Counted from the stretch's first letter, positions 28,103 to 38,094 are shown. The stretch: 51,601 nucleotides of DNA from Bacteroidales bacterium (GCA_003520925.1 DOTV01000196.1:1-51601); one strand, 5' to 3'. The notes: generated by a model not told the origin, from the sequence alone. Numbers and translations are program-made.

Positions 28103-28127
28103 CAGCATACAAACTTTATATTACAAG

Positions 28128-28478
28128 ATGTTTATAGAAATATTAAAATCAAAAATACATAAGGTTACAGTTACTGAGGCAAATCTGCAGTATGTTGGCA
28201 GTGTATCCATTGATGAAGATCTGATGGATGCATCCAATATTATTGAAAATGAAAAAGTCCAGGTTCTCGACATTAACAATGGTGAACGTATCGAGACTTA
28301 CGTAATTAAAGCGAAAAGGGGTTCAGGCGAAATCTGTATGAATGGTCCGGCAGCCCGAAAAGTTTCTGTAGGCGATGTTATTATAATCATGTCATTTGCC
28401 ACGATCGATTTCGGGGAAGCAAAATCCTTCAGGCCAACAGTTATTTTTCCCGATACAAACACAAATAAACTGATCTGA
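28128..28478 (+). CDS. panD: aspartate 1-decarboxylase
   Basis: [29 protein letters not shown] with the Gly-Ser self-processing site. Confidence 0.95.
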   Translation: MFIEILKSKIHKVTVTEANLQYVGSVSIDEDLMDASNIIENEKVQVLDINNGERIETYVIKAKRGSGEICMNGPAARKVSVGDVIIIMSFATIDFGEAKSFRPTVIFPDTNTNKLI

Positions 28479-28480
28479 AT

Positions 28481-29497
28481 TTGAGAAAAGGCTTCATACA
28501 GGCCGGAAAGTTCATTGCTTTTCTAGCTGTAGGGATCCTGCTGTTGTGGATTGCGTTCAGGACTGTTAATTTTAAGGCTCTTGTTTCCGATCTTAAAGGG
28601 GCAAATTACTACTGGCTGATCTTGTCAATACTATTCGGTCTGTTCGGCTATATGAGCCGTGCCCGGAGATGGATAATACTGATAAATCCATTGGGTTATA
28701 ACCCGAAATACTGGAACACTTTCCATTCAATGATGTCAGGCTATCTTGCCAATCTGGCTCTTCCCAGGATCGGAGAGATAACCAGGTGCGTTGCCCTGGG
28801 TAAAAAAGAGAAGATCCCCGTCGATCAGCTTATAGGGACTGTTGTAGTTGAGCGCACTATTGATTTCATTTCACTTCTGATTATCATGTTTGGCCTGTTT
28901 TTTACGAGCGGCTCCAGGATAAGGGAGTATCTGAATGCAAGCATTATCATACCATTCAGGGAAAAAGTGCTTTCGGTCTTCGGTGCTGCATGGATCCTTT
29001 GGACCATAGTTATCGGATTATCAGCCATTGCATTATACATGCTTTTACGCTATAAGAAGGAGCTGCGGAAGATAAAATTCGTTTCGAAAATATTCGACAT
29101 CGCCCACGGGGTGATAAATGGTCTCAAAACAATATCAAAGCTTAAAAGAAACTGGGAATTTATCTTTCATACAGTATTTATCTGGTTTAACTACGCGCTG
29201 ATGACATGGATTGTCGTCTTTTGCATCGAGAGCACATCCCAACTTTCGTTCACAAGTTCGATCTTTATTCTTGTGATTGGCGGCCTCGCAATGTCTGCCC
29301 CGGTCCAGGGAGGAATCGGTGCCTATCACTATTTTGTTTCAAGGGGAATAGCATTCCTGGCCGGTGTCAGCATTGAAGATGGTTCCGCATACGCAATACT
29401 TACTCACGAGTCACAACTTGTACTTGTACTTATACTTGGTGCAGTGGCATTTTTTATGTTGTCGCGGAAGAAACAAAATAATGGTAATAATGCCTAA
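28481..29497 (+). CDS. UPF0104 / lysylphosphatidylglycerol-synthase-TM-region-like (flippase-like) membrane protein
   Basis: About 8 predicted TM helices and the conserved LPRIGEITRC segment. It uses a TTG start 2 nt after the panD stop. Confidence 0.65.
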   Translation: MRKGFIQAGKFIAFLAVGILLLWIAFRTVNFKALVSDLKGANYYWLILSILFGLFGYMSRARRWIILINPLGYNPKYWNTFHSMMSGYLANLALPRIGEITRCVALGKKEKIPVDQLIGTVVVERTIDFISLLIIMFGLFFTSGSRIREYLNASIIIPFREKVLSVFGAAWILWTIVIGLSAIALYMLLRYKKELRKIKFVSKIFDIAHGVINGLKTISKLKRNWEFIFHTVFIWFNYALMTWIVVFCIESTSQLSFTSSIFILVIGGLAMSAPVQGGIGAYHYFVSRGIAFLAGVSIEDGSAYAILTHESQLVLVLILGAVAFFMLSRKKQNNGNNA

Positions 29498-30851
29498 GTC
29501 CAAAACAGTTTTTGTTTGTCAGAATTGCGGAGTCGAATCTGCAAAATGGATTGGGAGATGCCCTTCGTGCAAGGAATGGAATACTTACCATGAAGAAATA
29601 ATCGCTCCTTCTTCGCCCCACGAAAGATCATATTCATCAGGACAGGAAAAGAGAAAACCCGAACTACTGGAGAGCATAAGCTCTGATGAACACCGTCGGC
29701 TGAAGACAGGCATCACAGAACTCGACAGGATACTTGGCGGAGGAATGGTACCAGGTTCCCTGATCCTGCTGGGAGGCGAGCCGGGTGTCGGCAAATCGAC
29801 TCTTGCCTTGCAGCTTGCCCTTGCCCTAAGCGGCAAAAGCGTACTTTATGTTTCAGGTGAGGAAAGTGAAGAACAGATAAGCCTCAGGGCCAAAAGGCTA
29901 AAAAAGTCAAACCCGGCGTGCTATATATATAGTGAAACTGATCTTGAAAATATTCTTGTTCAGGCTGAAAACATTAAGCCCGGTCTGATAATAATCGACT
30001 CCATTCAAACGATTCACACAGGTAACCTTGAGTCTTCTGCCGGATCCGTTTCACAGGTCAGGGAATGTGCGGCCCAGCTCCTGAAGTTTTCAAAAATAAC
30101 AGGAATACCGGTATTCCTTATCGGACATATTACAAAGGACGGAACTCTGGCCGGACCCAAGGTACTTGAGCACATTGTAGACATAGTCCTGTATTTTGAA
30201 GGCGACAATAATTACATATACCGTTTGCTCAGATCTGTAAAAAACAGGTTTGGTTCGACTTCAGAACTTGCAATATTTGAAATGGTTGAAAGCGGTCTGA
30301 GGGAGGTGGCAAATCCTTCTGCAATGTTTATCAACCAGCATGATGAACCCATCAGCGGAATTTCTATTGCCGCAACTGTCGACGGGCTCAGACCATTCCT
30401 GATCGAGACCCAGGCACTTGTAAGCAGTGCCGTTTACGGCACCCCTCAGAGAAGCTCAACAGGGTTCGATATAAGAAGGCTTAATATGCTGCTGGCAGTA
30501 CTTGAAAAAAGGGCAGGATTCAGGCTGGGTGTCAAAGATGTCTTTATGAACATAGCAGGGGGCATTAAAGTCGACGATCCAGCAATTGATCTGGCAATTA
30601 TTACATCTGTACTCTCCTCCAATCTTGATATTCCTGTCGGAAGGGATGTCTGCTGTTCCGGTGAGGTTGGACTGTCAGGCGAGATAAGACCGGTATCACG
30701 TATTGAACAGCGGATCAGGGAAGCTGCCAAAATGGGTTTCAGAAAAATTTACATATCGAAATTCCACAGGAACATTTCGGTTACCGGAGTTGACATTGAA
30801 GTTATTCCCGTTGGTAAAGTAGAAGCTCTTGTACGGTCGCTGTTCAGCTGA
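29490..30851 (+). CDS. radA: DNA repair protein RadA (Sms)
   Basis: N-terminal Zn finger (CQNCG...CPSCKEWN), Walker A GEPGVGKST, KNRFG motif and a Lon-like C-terminal domain. ATG 29490 overlaps the upstream stop by 8 nt. The ORF track starts at 29364. Confidence 0.95.
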   Translation: MPKSKTVFVCQNCGVESAKWIGRCPSCKEWNTYHEEIIAPSSPHERSYSSGQEKRKPELLESISSDEHRRLKTGITELDRILGGGMVPGSLILLGGEPGVGKSTLALQLALALSGKSVLYVSGEESEEQISLRAKRLKKSNPACYIYSETDLENILVQAENIKPGLIIIDSIQTIHTGNLESSAGSVSQVRECAAQLLKFSKITGIPVFLIGHITKDGTLAGPKVLEHIVDIVLYFEGDNNYIYRLLRSVKNRFGSTSELAIFEMVESGLREVANPSAMFINQHDEPISGISIAATVDGLRPFLIETQALVSSAVYGTPQRSSTGFDIRRLNMLLAVLEKRAGFRLGVKDVFMNIAGGIKVDDPAIDLAIITSVLSSNLDIPVGRDVCCSGEVGLSGEIRPVSRIEQRIREAAKMGFRKIYISKFHRNISVTGVDIEVIPVGKVEALVRSLFS

Positions 30852-30864
30852 AGAAACGAGGAGC

Positions 30865-30910
30865 GACTCACGACGAATGACTCACGACGAACGACTCACG
30901 ACGAACGACC
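30865..30910 (+). repeat. 14-nt tandem repeat, 3.3 copies (GACTCACGACGAAY)
   Basis: GACTCACGACGAAT, GACTCACGACGAAC, GACTCACGACGAAC, GACC, read directly from the sequence 14 nt after the radA stop. Confidence 0.9.
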
Positions 30911-30968
30911 TATAGAAGAATTGATTTCGGATTTCCGTACGTCGTGTGCCGTTTGTCATGGGTCATTC
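30875..30968. terminator. long imperfect hairpin between convergent radA and PBP1A (possible bidirectional terminator)
   Basis: About 33-nt arms built from the 14-nt repeat and its diverged inverted copy, with a ~27-nt loop. No clear T-run is present, so terminator function is inferred from position only. Confidence 0.4.
30935..30968 (-). repeat. diverged inverted copy of the 14-nt tandem repeat
   Basis: The reverse complement GAATGACCCATGACAAACGGCACACGACGTACGG aligns with 30875-30907 (GAATGACTCACGACGAACGACTCACGACGAACG) with about 5 mismatches. It ends at the PBP1A stop codon. Confidence 0.75.
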
Positions 30969-33328
30969 TAATATTTCTCCCTTATATATCCGCCTCTTCT
31001 GGTATTTTCTCTTTTTGCTTTATCGCAATCAGTCTCGATATTGAAATTCGAAGGACGTTCGAATTCATCTGATTCCATAATTCCGAACTGAGGATCATTA
31101 TATACTTTCCTCATGAAGAGTCCGAACACCGGAAGTGCCATCTGGGCTCCCTGACCTTCACTGAGTGTCTCGAAATGGATAGCCTGATCCTCCCACCCGC
31201 TCCATACACCACCCACAAGATTAGGTGTCACGCCCATAAACCATCCATTCGAATTATTCTGTGTCGTCCCGGTTTTACCTCCAATCTGGTTCAGGAGCAT
31301 ATATGGTTCCCTTCTTAACCTGTTTCCCGATCCGATAAGAACCACTCCCTGAAGCAGGTCAAGCATCAGATAAGCCTGCTCCTCACTCAATACCTCCTCA
31401 ATCTGCTGGGTGAACTTTGAAATCAGGTTACCATTCTTATCATCAATACGGGTAACATACATAGGTCTTGTGTAGACTCCCCTGTTGGCATAAGCCGCGT
31501 ACGCCCCTACCATTTCTTCAAGCTTTATATCTGACGTTCCAAGGAATATTGAAGGAACAGGGTCAATAAAGCTCCTTACCCCCATCCTCTTCATCAGTTC
31601 AGTAACTGCAGAAGGTCTGAACTGCTGCATGAGCCATGCTGAAATGTAGTTTTCGGATTGTGCCAGACCCCACTTTAGTGTTACCATTTTCCCATGATAT
31701 TCCTTAGGACCTGAACTTCTTGGTATCCACGGAACTGTATCGTTCGGAAGATCAAACGACCTTGGAATGTTCTCAACTTCTGTGCAGGGAGTATAGCCGT
31801 TCTGCATTGCAACCGTGTAAAGGAATGGTTTGATTGTGCTTCCGACCTGTTTTCTCTGCTGTGTAACAGCATCCCACTTGAAGTATCTGAAATCGGGACC
31901 TCCCACGTAAGCTTTTACATGACCCAGGTGAGGATCTTCAACAAGAAAAGCTGAACGCACAAAATACTTGTAATATCTTACTGAATCAAAGGGCGTCATG
32001 ATTGTGTCAATCTCCCTGTTCTCTCCCTTCCAGGAGAAGACTTTCATGGGAACTTTTGTGTTGAAGGCAAGCATAATGGAATCCATTGAAACCCCCCTTG
32101 CTTTCATCATTATGTATCTTTCGCTGTCCTTTACTGATCGCAATATCAAATCATCAACCTCCTTTTTGGTAAGGTCATTTGAATAGGGTGGATTCCTGAA
32201 TCCTTTCGCACGTTTATAAAAATCGGGCTGAACCTCTTTTGAAAGATGTTCTGCGAGAGCTTCCTCAGCATATTGCTGCATTCTGGAATTTATGGTTGTA
32301 TATATTTTCAGCCCGTCCTTATATACATCATAATTGGACCCGTCAGGCTTTTTATTCTTGTTACACCATCCGTAAAGAGGATTATTATCCCATTCCCACC
32401 GGGCATCCTCATACGATGATTCTCTTTCATATCTGTCCCTGACTGGTTCCGGTTTTCTCATAGTGTTCCTCAGATATTCCCTCAGATACGTGGCACGCCC
32501 TGTATTATGGTCCTCCAGTCTGAAATCAAGGGTAATTGGAAGCTGTCTGACTGAATCTGCGACATCAGGATGGATGTATCCATACTTAGCCATTTGTGAT
32601 AGTACTGTATTTCTCCTCTGAAGCATTCGCTCAGGATATTTTCTGGGATTATAGGCACTTGAATTCTTTAACATCCCAACCAGGACAGCAGCCTGTTCAA
32701 TTTTAAGCGAATCGGGAGTGGTATTGAAATATACCCTCGCAGCTGACCTTATTCCAATTGCCTGATAGAGGAAATCATATTTATTAAGGTACATCGCTAT
32801 GATCTCCTCTTTTGTATAGCTCTTTTCAAGCTTTACGGCTGTCTGCCATTCCTTGAATTTTGAGACGCCAAGCCTCAATTTTCTTGTAAAAGCAGAAACA
32901 TGGGCTGTATCTCTCGGATATAGTTGTTTTGCAAGCTGTTGTGTAATCGTACTTCCCCCTCCTGTCTTTTGTCCGAGAACTATCGTGCGCACAATCGCCC
33001 TGCCCAGTCCCCGGATATCGATTCCGGAGTGTCTGTAATATCTGATATCCTCTGTTGCAATTAGAGCATTGACAAGGTAGGAAGAGAGATCATCGTAATC
33101 GGTCCAGGTTCTGTTCTCAATGCTAATCTTTCCAAGCAGCACTCCATCTTCGGAATAGACTTCAGCAGCAAGGTTGTATTCGGGATTTTCAAGTTCCCTG
33201 AAAGATGGCATTGGTCCAAGTTTCCCGTTTGATATCAGGATGAAAATAATCAGAACTGTTATAAACGGGATGATGAACAGTGTCCAGAACCAGATAATGT
33301 ATTTCCTGTTTGATGAATCGCCTTTCAT
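30968..33328 (-). CDS. mrcA: penicillin-binding protein 1A (bifunctional glycosyltransferase/transpeptidase)
   Basis: N-terminal TM anchor, GT51 motifs (ATEDIRYYRHSGID, GGSTITQQLAK) and transpeptidase STIKP (GSTIKPFLY). Confidence 0.9.
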   Translation of the reverse strand: MKGDSSNRKYIIWFWTLFIIPFITVLIIFILISNGKLGPMPSFRELENPEYNLAAEVYSEDGVLLGKISIENRTWTDYDDLSSYLVNALIATEDIRYYRHSGIDIRGLGRAIVRTIVLGQKTGGGSTITQQLAKQLYPRDTAHVSAFTRKLRLGVSKFKEWQTAVKLEKSYTKEEIIAMYLNKYDFLYQAIGIRSAARVYFNTTPDSLKIEQAAVLVGMLKNSSAYNPRKYPERMLQRRNTVLSQMAKYGYIHPDVADSVRQLPITLDFRLEDHNTGRATYLREYLRNTMRKPEPVRDRYERESSYEDARWEWDNNPLYGWCNKNKKPDGSNYDVYKDGLKIYTTINSRMQQYAEEALAEHLSKEVQPDFYKRAKGFRNPPYSNDLTKKEVDDLILRSVKDSERYIMMKARGVSMDSIMLAFNTKVPMKVFSWKGENREIDTIMTPFDSVRYYKYFVRSAFLVEDPHLGHVKAYVGGPDFRYFKWDAVTQQRKQVGSTIKPFLYTVAMQNGYTPCTEVENIPRSFDLPNDTVPWIPRSSGPKEYHGKMVTLKWGLAQSENYISAWLMQQFRPSAVTELMKRMGVRSFIDPVPSIFLGTSDIKLEEMVGAYAAYANRGVYTRPMYVTRIDDKNGNLISKFTQQIEEVLSEEQAYLMLDLLQGVVLIGSGNRLRREPYMLLNQIGGKTGTTQNNSNGWFMGVTPNLVGGVWSGWEDQAIHFETLSEGQGAQMALPVFGLFMRKVYNDPQFGIMESDEFERPSNFNIETDCDKAKRENTRRGGYIREKY

Positions 33329-33347
33329 TACCTACGGGAGTTTGGCT

Positions 33348-33355
33348 CAAAAATA
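33348..33355 (-). promoter_or_regulatory. -7 promoter box (TATTTTTG on minus strand) upstream of PBP1A
   Basis: Exact TAnnTTTG, 19 nt upstream of ATG 33328. Confidence 0.4.
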
Positions 33356-33448
33356 GTAATTAATAAAGAATCTTGGCCGTTTATTTTGAAGTTTGGAACC
33401 TAAATGACTTACTTTGCCGTGTTTTTAAAAGAGCTAAATCCTTCTTAT

Positions 33449-35755
33449 ATGATCGAAAATCTTGTAATTGTTGAGTCACCTGCAAAAGCTAAAACCATTG
33501 AGAAGTACCTTGGAAAAGATTTCAGTGTAGTATCAAGTTTCGGGCACATCCGAGATCTGAAGAAGAAAAACCTTGGCATCGATATTAAGAACGATTTCTC
33601 TCCTGAATACGAAATTCCTAAAGAAAAGGCAAAAGTTGTAGGAGAGCTCAGAAAAGCTGCTTCTGAATCTAAAAATATCTGGATAGCTTCTGATGAGGAC
33701 CGTGAAGGTGAGGCTATAGCATGGCATCTTGCAAGTGTTCTGAATCTCGATCTGGAAACAACAAAAAGAATTGTGTTTCATGAAATCACCAAAGATGCGA
33801 TTTCTGATGCCATCAGGTCACCCCGGAGGGTCGATATGAATCTTGTCAATTCACAGCAGGCGAGGCGTATTCTTGACAGGATTGTCGGGTTTGAAATATC
33901 TCCGGTGCTTTGGAAAAAGGTGCAGCCTGCACTCTCCGCCGGAAGGGTTCAGTCGGTTGCAGTCAGGCTGATTGTTGAACGCGAAAGGGAGATCATCGCT
34001 TTCAAGACTGAATCGTCATTCCGCGTAACCGGCATTTTTAAAGCTGACCTTTCTGATGCAGGAAATAATATTATCAAAGCTGAGGCAGGCAAACGATTTC
34101 CGGATGAAAAAGAAGCTCAGAAGTTCCTTGAGATCTGCAATGTATCACAATTCTGCATATCCGGTGTTACTGTAAAACCCGGTACCAGATCGCCTGCTCC
34201 GCCGTTCACAACCTCAACCCTCCAGCAGGAAGCATACCGGAAGCTTGGCTTCTCGGTGTCACAAACAATGGCTGTTGCACAGAAGCTCTATGAATCGGGT
34301 AAAATAACCTATATGAGAACTGACTCTACCAACCTTTCGAAGCTCGCACTGGCAAAATCGAGAGAAGTAATTATTTCAGAGTATGGTGAGAAGTATTCAA
34401 AAACACGTCAGTTCAAAACAAAATCAAAGGGAGCTCAGGAGGCGCACGAAGCTATCAGACCAACTTATCCCGACACAATAACAATAACCGGCAACCAGAA
34501 TGAGAAAAAGCTTTATGAGCTGATCTGGAAAAGAACTATCGCTTCACAGATGGCCGATGCCGAAGTCGAAAGAACAACTATCTCGATAGTGATGAATAAT
34601 TCCCCTGTTGTTTTCACCGCATCAGGAGAAGTAATAAAATTCGACGGGTTCCTGCGAGTCTACACTGAATCAACCGACACTGAGAACGGCGACGATGAAA
34701 AATCCATAATTCCTCCAGTAAAAAAAGGAATGCCTCTTTATTACGACACTATATCCGCCACACAAAAATTCACATCACCCCTTCCGAGGTATACCGAGGC
34801 GAGCCTTGTAAAGAAACTTGAAGAGCTCGGAATCGGTAGACCATCGACATACGCTCCCACAATTTCTACAATACAGAACAGGGGGTACGTCTTAAGGGAA
34901 GACAGACCGGGAGAAAAACGGCAGCTGAAGATAATAACTCTTTCAAAAGGTAAGTATTCGATTACATCAAAGACTGAAGCTGCCGGGAAAGAAAAATCCA
35001 AATTGTTCCCGCAGGACATAGGTATGATAGTTAATGATTTCCTTATTGAAAACTTTTCGGAAATTGTCGATTATAATTTCACTGCGGATGTCGAAGAGCA
35101 GTTTGATAAGATTGCAGAAGGTAAACTGAAATGGACTGGAATGATTGGCAAATTCTATTCCACCTTTCATAAGACAGTTGAAGATTCGCTGGAGAAGACA
35201 GCCAGGAAAACAAGTACCAGGGTACTCGGAATTCACCCTGAGACCGGGGAACAGGTTTCTGTCCGGATGGGACGATTCGGGCCCGTTGCCCAGATAGAAG
35301 ATAAAGCAAACGGCGGAAAGCCGCGTTTCGCAAGTCTTACAAAAAATCAGCTTCTCGAAACAATAACCCTCCCTGAGGCACTTAACCTCTTCCGCCTTCC
35401 CAGATCACTCGGTATGCTCGATGGCGATGAAATGGTAGTAGGTATAGGGAAATTCGGACCTTATGTAAGATACAGAAGTAAGTTCTATTCCCTTAAGAAA
35501 GGAGTTGATGACCCCTACTCAGTAACTATTGAAAGAGTCTCTGAAATAATCAGGGAAAAAGGTGAAAGTGATAAGAAAAAGGTGATAAGGGATTTCGGTG
35601 ATATCCGGCTGCTTAACGGTAGATACGGACCTTATCTTGCACAGGATAAGAAAAACTACAGGCTTCCGAAAGGCACCGATGTCGAAAAGCTTACAAAGGA
35701 AGATTGTATTGCGATTATTGAGAAAAGTGAAAAAACCAAGAAAAGTTCTGAATAA
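33449..35755 (+). CDS. topA: DNA topoisomerase I
   Basis: TOPRIM start MIENLVIVESPAKAKTIEKYLG, the active-site region YMRTDS, and a C-terminal domain without Zn ribbons. The ORF track starts at 33404. Confidence 0.95.
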   Translation: MIENLVIVESPAKAKTIEKYLGKDFSVVSSFGHIRDLKKKNLGIDIKNDFSPEYEIPKEKAKVVGELRKAASESKNIWIASDEDREGEAIAWHLASVLNLDLETTKRIVFHEITKDAISDAIRSPRRVDMNLVNSQQARRILDRIVGFEISPVLWKKVQPALSAGRVQSVAVRLIVEREREIIAFKTESSFRVTGIFKADLSDAGNNIIKAEAGKRFPDEKEAQKFLEICNVSQFCISGVTVKPGTRSPAPPFTTSTLQQEAYRKLGFSVSQTMAVAQKLYESGKITYMRTDSTNLSKLALAKSREVIISEYGEKYSKTRQFKTKSKGAQEAHEAIRPTYPDTITITGNQNEKKLYELIWKRTIASQMADAEVERTTISIVMNNSPVVFTASGEVIKFDGFLRVYTESTDTENGDDEKSIIPPVKKGMPLYYDTISATQKFTSPLPRYTEASLVKKLEELGIGRPSTYAPTISTIQNRGYVLREDRPGEKRQLKIITLSKGKYSITSKTEAAGKEKSKLFPQDIGMIVNDFLIENFSEIVDYNFTADVEEQFDKIAEGKLKWTGMIGKFYSTFHKTVEDSLEKTARKTSTRVLGIHPETGEQVSVRMGRFGPVAQIEDKANGGKPRFASLTKNQLLETITLPEALNLFRLPRSLGMLDGDEMVVGIGKFGPYVRYRSKFYSLKKGVDDPYSVTIERVSEIIREKGESDKKKVIRDFGDIRLLNGRYGPYLAQDKKNYRLPKGTDVEKLTKEDCIAIIEKSEKTKKSSE

Positions 35756-35758
35756 ACC

Positions 35759-36928
35759 ATGCTGGACCTAAATGATTATTTCAATCCGGTAAGTATTGAT
35801 AAGCAGGGTTTTGAAAACCTGACCGGGAATGCCGGGTTTCCTCATAACGTATTTATTAATACTGAAAATAATCAGGTAAAGGATATCAGGGAATTTAAGG
35901 TTGCCATCCTTGGGGTACCTGATGGAAGAAACTCTGCTGGACAGGGGTCTTCTGATGCTCCCGATGCAATCCGACAACAGCTTTACAGGCTGGCAAGGAT
36001 ACCCGGTAAAACAAAGATCATCGATCTGGGAAACATGAAACAGGGAGTGACTTTCAGCGATACCCTGGCAGGTCTGACAGATATACTCTTCAATCTTCTT
36101 AAAAAATCCATCCTTCCGGTGATAATTGGCGGAAGCAGTGCTCTTGTAACTGCAATTGACCGTTCATTCACACTGTTAAAAACAAGATATACTCTCGTTT
36201 CGGTCGATCCGAGAGTTGATTACACCAATAACCCTGATTCACCTGATTCATTTAGTTACCTCAACAAGATAACCGGGAACCATAAGAGTACTTTCAGCCA
36301 TTATATTAATATAGGGTATCAGACTTACTTAAACGATCAGCAAGTATTAAACCGTTTTGTCAGGCGTCATTCTGAACTTCTGAGAATAGGTGATGTCAGG
36401 CAGGCAGTATATCTTACGGAGCCGCTCTTCAGGGACTCGGATGCAGCTATTTTTGATATCTCAGCAGTAAGGCAGTCAGATGCTCCCGGGACGGAAGTGC
36501 CTTCACCAAATGGATTCTACGGCGAGGAGATATGTCTTCTTTCGAGGTATGCAGGGATTTCAGACAACCTGAAGGTTTTCGGTCTTTTTGACGTAAATCC
36601 CCGGCTTGATATACGCAATCAGACAACAGGTCTTGCTGCCCAGATAATCTGGTTCTTTCTTGAAGGTTTTTCACAGAAACAGTATGAGACCCCGGTTTTG
36701 AGCAACAGCAATGCAGGACGTTTTATTAAATATCATGTAAGAGTTACTGACCTTGAGGATGATCTCATCTTCGTTAAAAGCAACCTTACTGAACGATGGT
36801 GGATCGAGCTTACCGATGAGAATAATGCAAATATTTATGTTGCATGTTCTCACGACGATTACCTTAAGGCAAACCGGAATGAAGTACCCGACAAATGGGT
36901 AAAAGCTTCAAACAGATTAAAGTCCTGA
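35759..36928 (+). CDS. arginase/formiminoglutamase-fold protein with degenerate metal-binding motifs
   Basis: Ureohydrolase-like layout (ILGVPDGRNSAG..., VIIGGSSALV, VSVDPRVDY, FDISAVRQSDAPGTEVPSPNG). GGDHS reads GGSSA, DAHxD reads DPRVD, and DxD reads DIS. Confidence 0.65.
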   Translation: MLDLNDYFNPVSIDKQGFENLTGNAGFPHNVFINTENNQVKDIREFKVAILGVPDGRNSAGQGSSDAPDAIRQQLYRLARIPGKTKIIDLGNMKQGVTFSDTLAGLTDILFNLLKKSILPVIIGGSSALVTAIDRSFTLLKTRYTLVSVDPRVDYTNNPDSPDSFSYLNKITGNHKSTFSHYINIGYQTYLNDQQVLNRFVRRHSELLRIGDVRQAVYLTEPLFRDSDAAIFDISAVRQSDAPGTEVPSPNGFYGEEICLLSRYAGISDNLKVFGLFDVNPRLDIRNQTTGLAAQIIWFFLEGFSQKQYETPVLSNSNAGRFIKYHVRVTDLEDDLIFVKSNLTERWWIELTDENNANIYVACSHDDYLKANRNEVPDKWVKASNRLKS

Positions 36929-37106
36929 CCCTTCAAATATTTTATATTCTTTCCCGTTTAATTGAATGTTTGGAATATTCTTTGTGGATAATTGAACAGG
37001 AATGTTTAAAAGTTTTAACTAACTGATTGTCGGTTTGTATACTTTTAATTTTTTTACTTTACTTTATAAGTTCGATAAATGGGCTTATTCCTAAATATTT
37101 AAAGAA

Positions 37107-38051
37107 GTGAAAAAAATTTATACTGCATATTTTTTTATGCTCCTGTCGGTTAACTTCTGCTTCTCCCAGCAGGATCCAATCACAAGCAATTATATGTTCA
37201 ATACTCTGACATTTAATCCCGGATATGCGGGTACGTCGGGAATGATATGTGCCACTGCATTAAACAGGCAACAGTGGGTCGGTTTCAAGGGATCCCCATC
37301 GACAACGATATTTAATATCAGTGCACCGGTTACTCCTTTTAAAATAAACAGCGGTGTAGGCCTGATGGTCGCAAATGACAATGTTGGTTTCGACAAGGAT
37401 ATAAACCTTAATCTTATCTACTCATTTATCGCCGATTTAGGACAGGGAAAGCTGGGTATTGGAGTCAGTGCCGGAATGTATAACATGACGCTTGACCCTG
37501 AATGGGTAATACCAAATGGCGATATCTTCACCCCTCCCTCCGGTGATCCTCTGATACCTGAAAGCAAAGAGAGCGCGGTAACCTTCGATGCCGGTTTTGG
37601 TTTATATTACACAACCGATAAATATTATGCCGGCCTTTCGGTGACTCATATCAATCAGCCGAAAATAAAATTCACTAAAGGTGTCACCTACTTAAGCCGT
37701 CATTATTACATAACTGCAGGGTATATCCTTCAGCTCCCAAACCCATCGCTTGAGTTGCTGCCTTCCCTATACGCGCTTAGCGACGGCAAGGCAATACAAT
37801 TTTCTGCAACTTCTTTATTAAGATACAATAAAAAGGCATGGGGGGGCGTTTCTTACAGACCCGGTGATGCACTTGTAGGGATTGTTGGGATAGAATTGTT
37901 CAACGGTATCAGGGTCGGATACGCTTATGATTTCCCGATCTCAGATATCAGAAAGAGTACAAGCGGGTCGCACGAATTCATGGTAAATTATTGTTTCAGT
38001 CTCAGTATGGGCAAGAGTCCGATGAGATACAAAAGCATACGGTTTTTATGA
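37107..38051 (+). CDS. porP: T9SS membrane protein PorP/SprF family
   Basis: Signal peptide then QQDPITSNYMFNTLTFNPGYAG, the PorP/SprF family N-terminal signature. It looks like a beta-barrel, uses a GTG start, and is first gene of the porP-K-L-M-N cluster. Confidence 0.85.
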   Translation: MKKIYTAYFFMLLSVNFCFSQQDPITSNYMFNTLTFNPGYAGTSGMICATALNRQQWVGFKGSPSTTIFNISAPVTPFKINSGVGLMVANDNVGFDKDINLNLIYSFIADLGQGKLGIGVSAGMYNMTLDPEWVIPNGDIFTPPSGDPLIPESKESAVTFDAGFGLYYTTDKYYAGLSVTHINQPKIKFTKGVTYLSRHYYITAGYILQLPNPSLELLPSLYALSDGKAIQFSATSLLRYNKKAWGGVSYRPGDALVGIVGIELFNGIRVGYAYDFPISDIRKSTSGSHEFMVNYCFSLSMGKSPMRYKSIRFL

Positions 38052-38094
38052 TTTTTAAAAATAAAATTACTTGCAATACAAAATTCTAAAGAAT

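Noticed and set aside
29364-29489. Upstream extension of radA into the preceding membrane-protein gene.
   Set aside because: The extension (…YLYLYLVQWHFLCC…) overlaps the UPF0104 CDS out of frame. RadA homologues begin at MPKSKTVFVCQNCG, so ATG 29490 is used.
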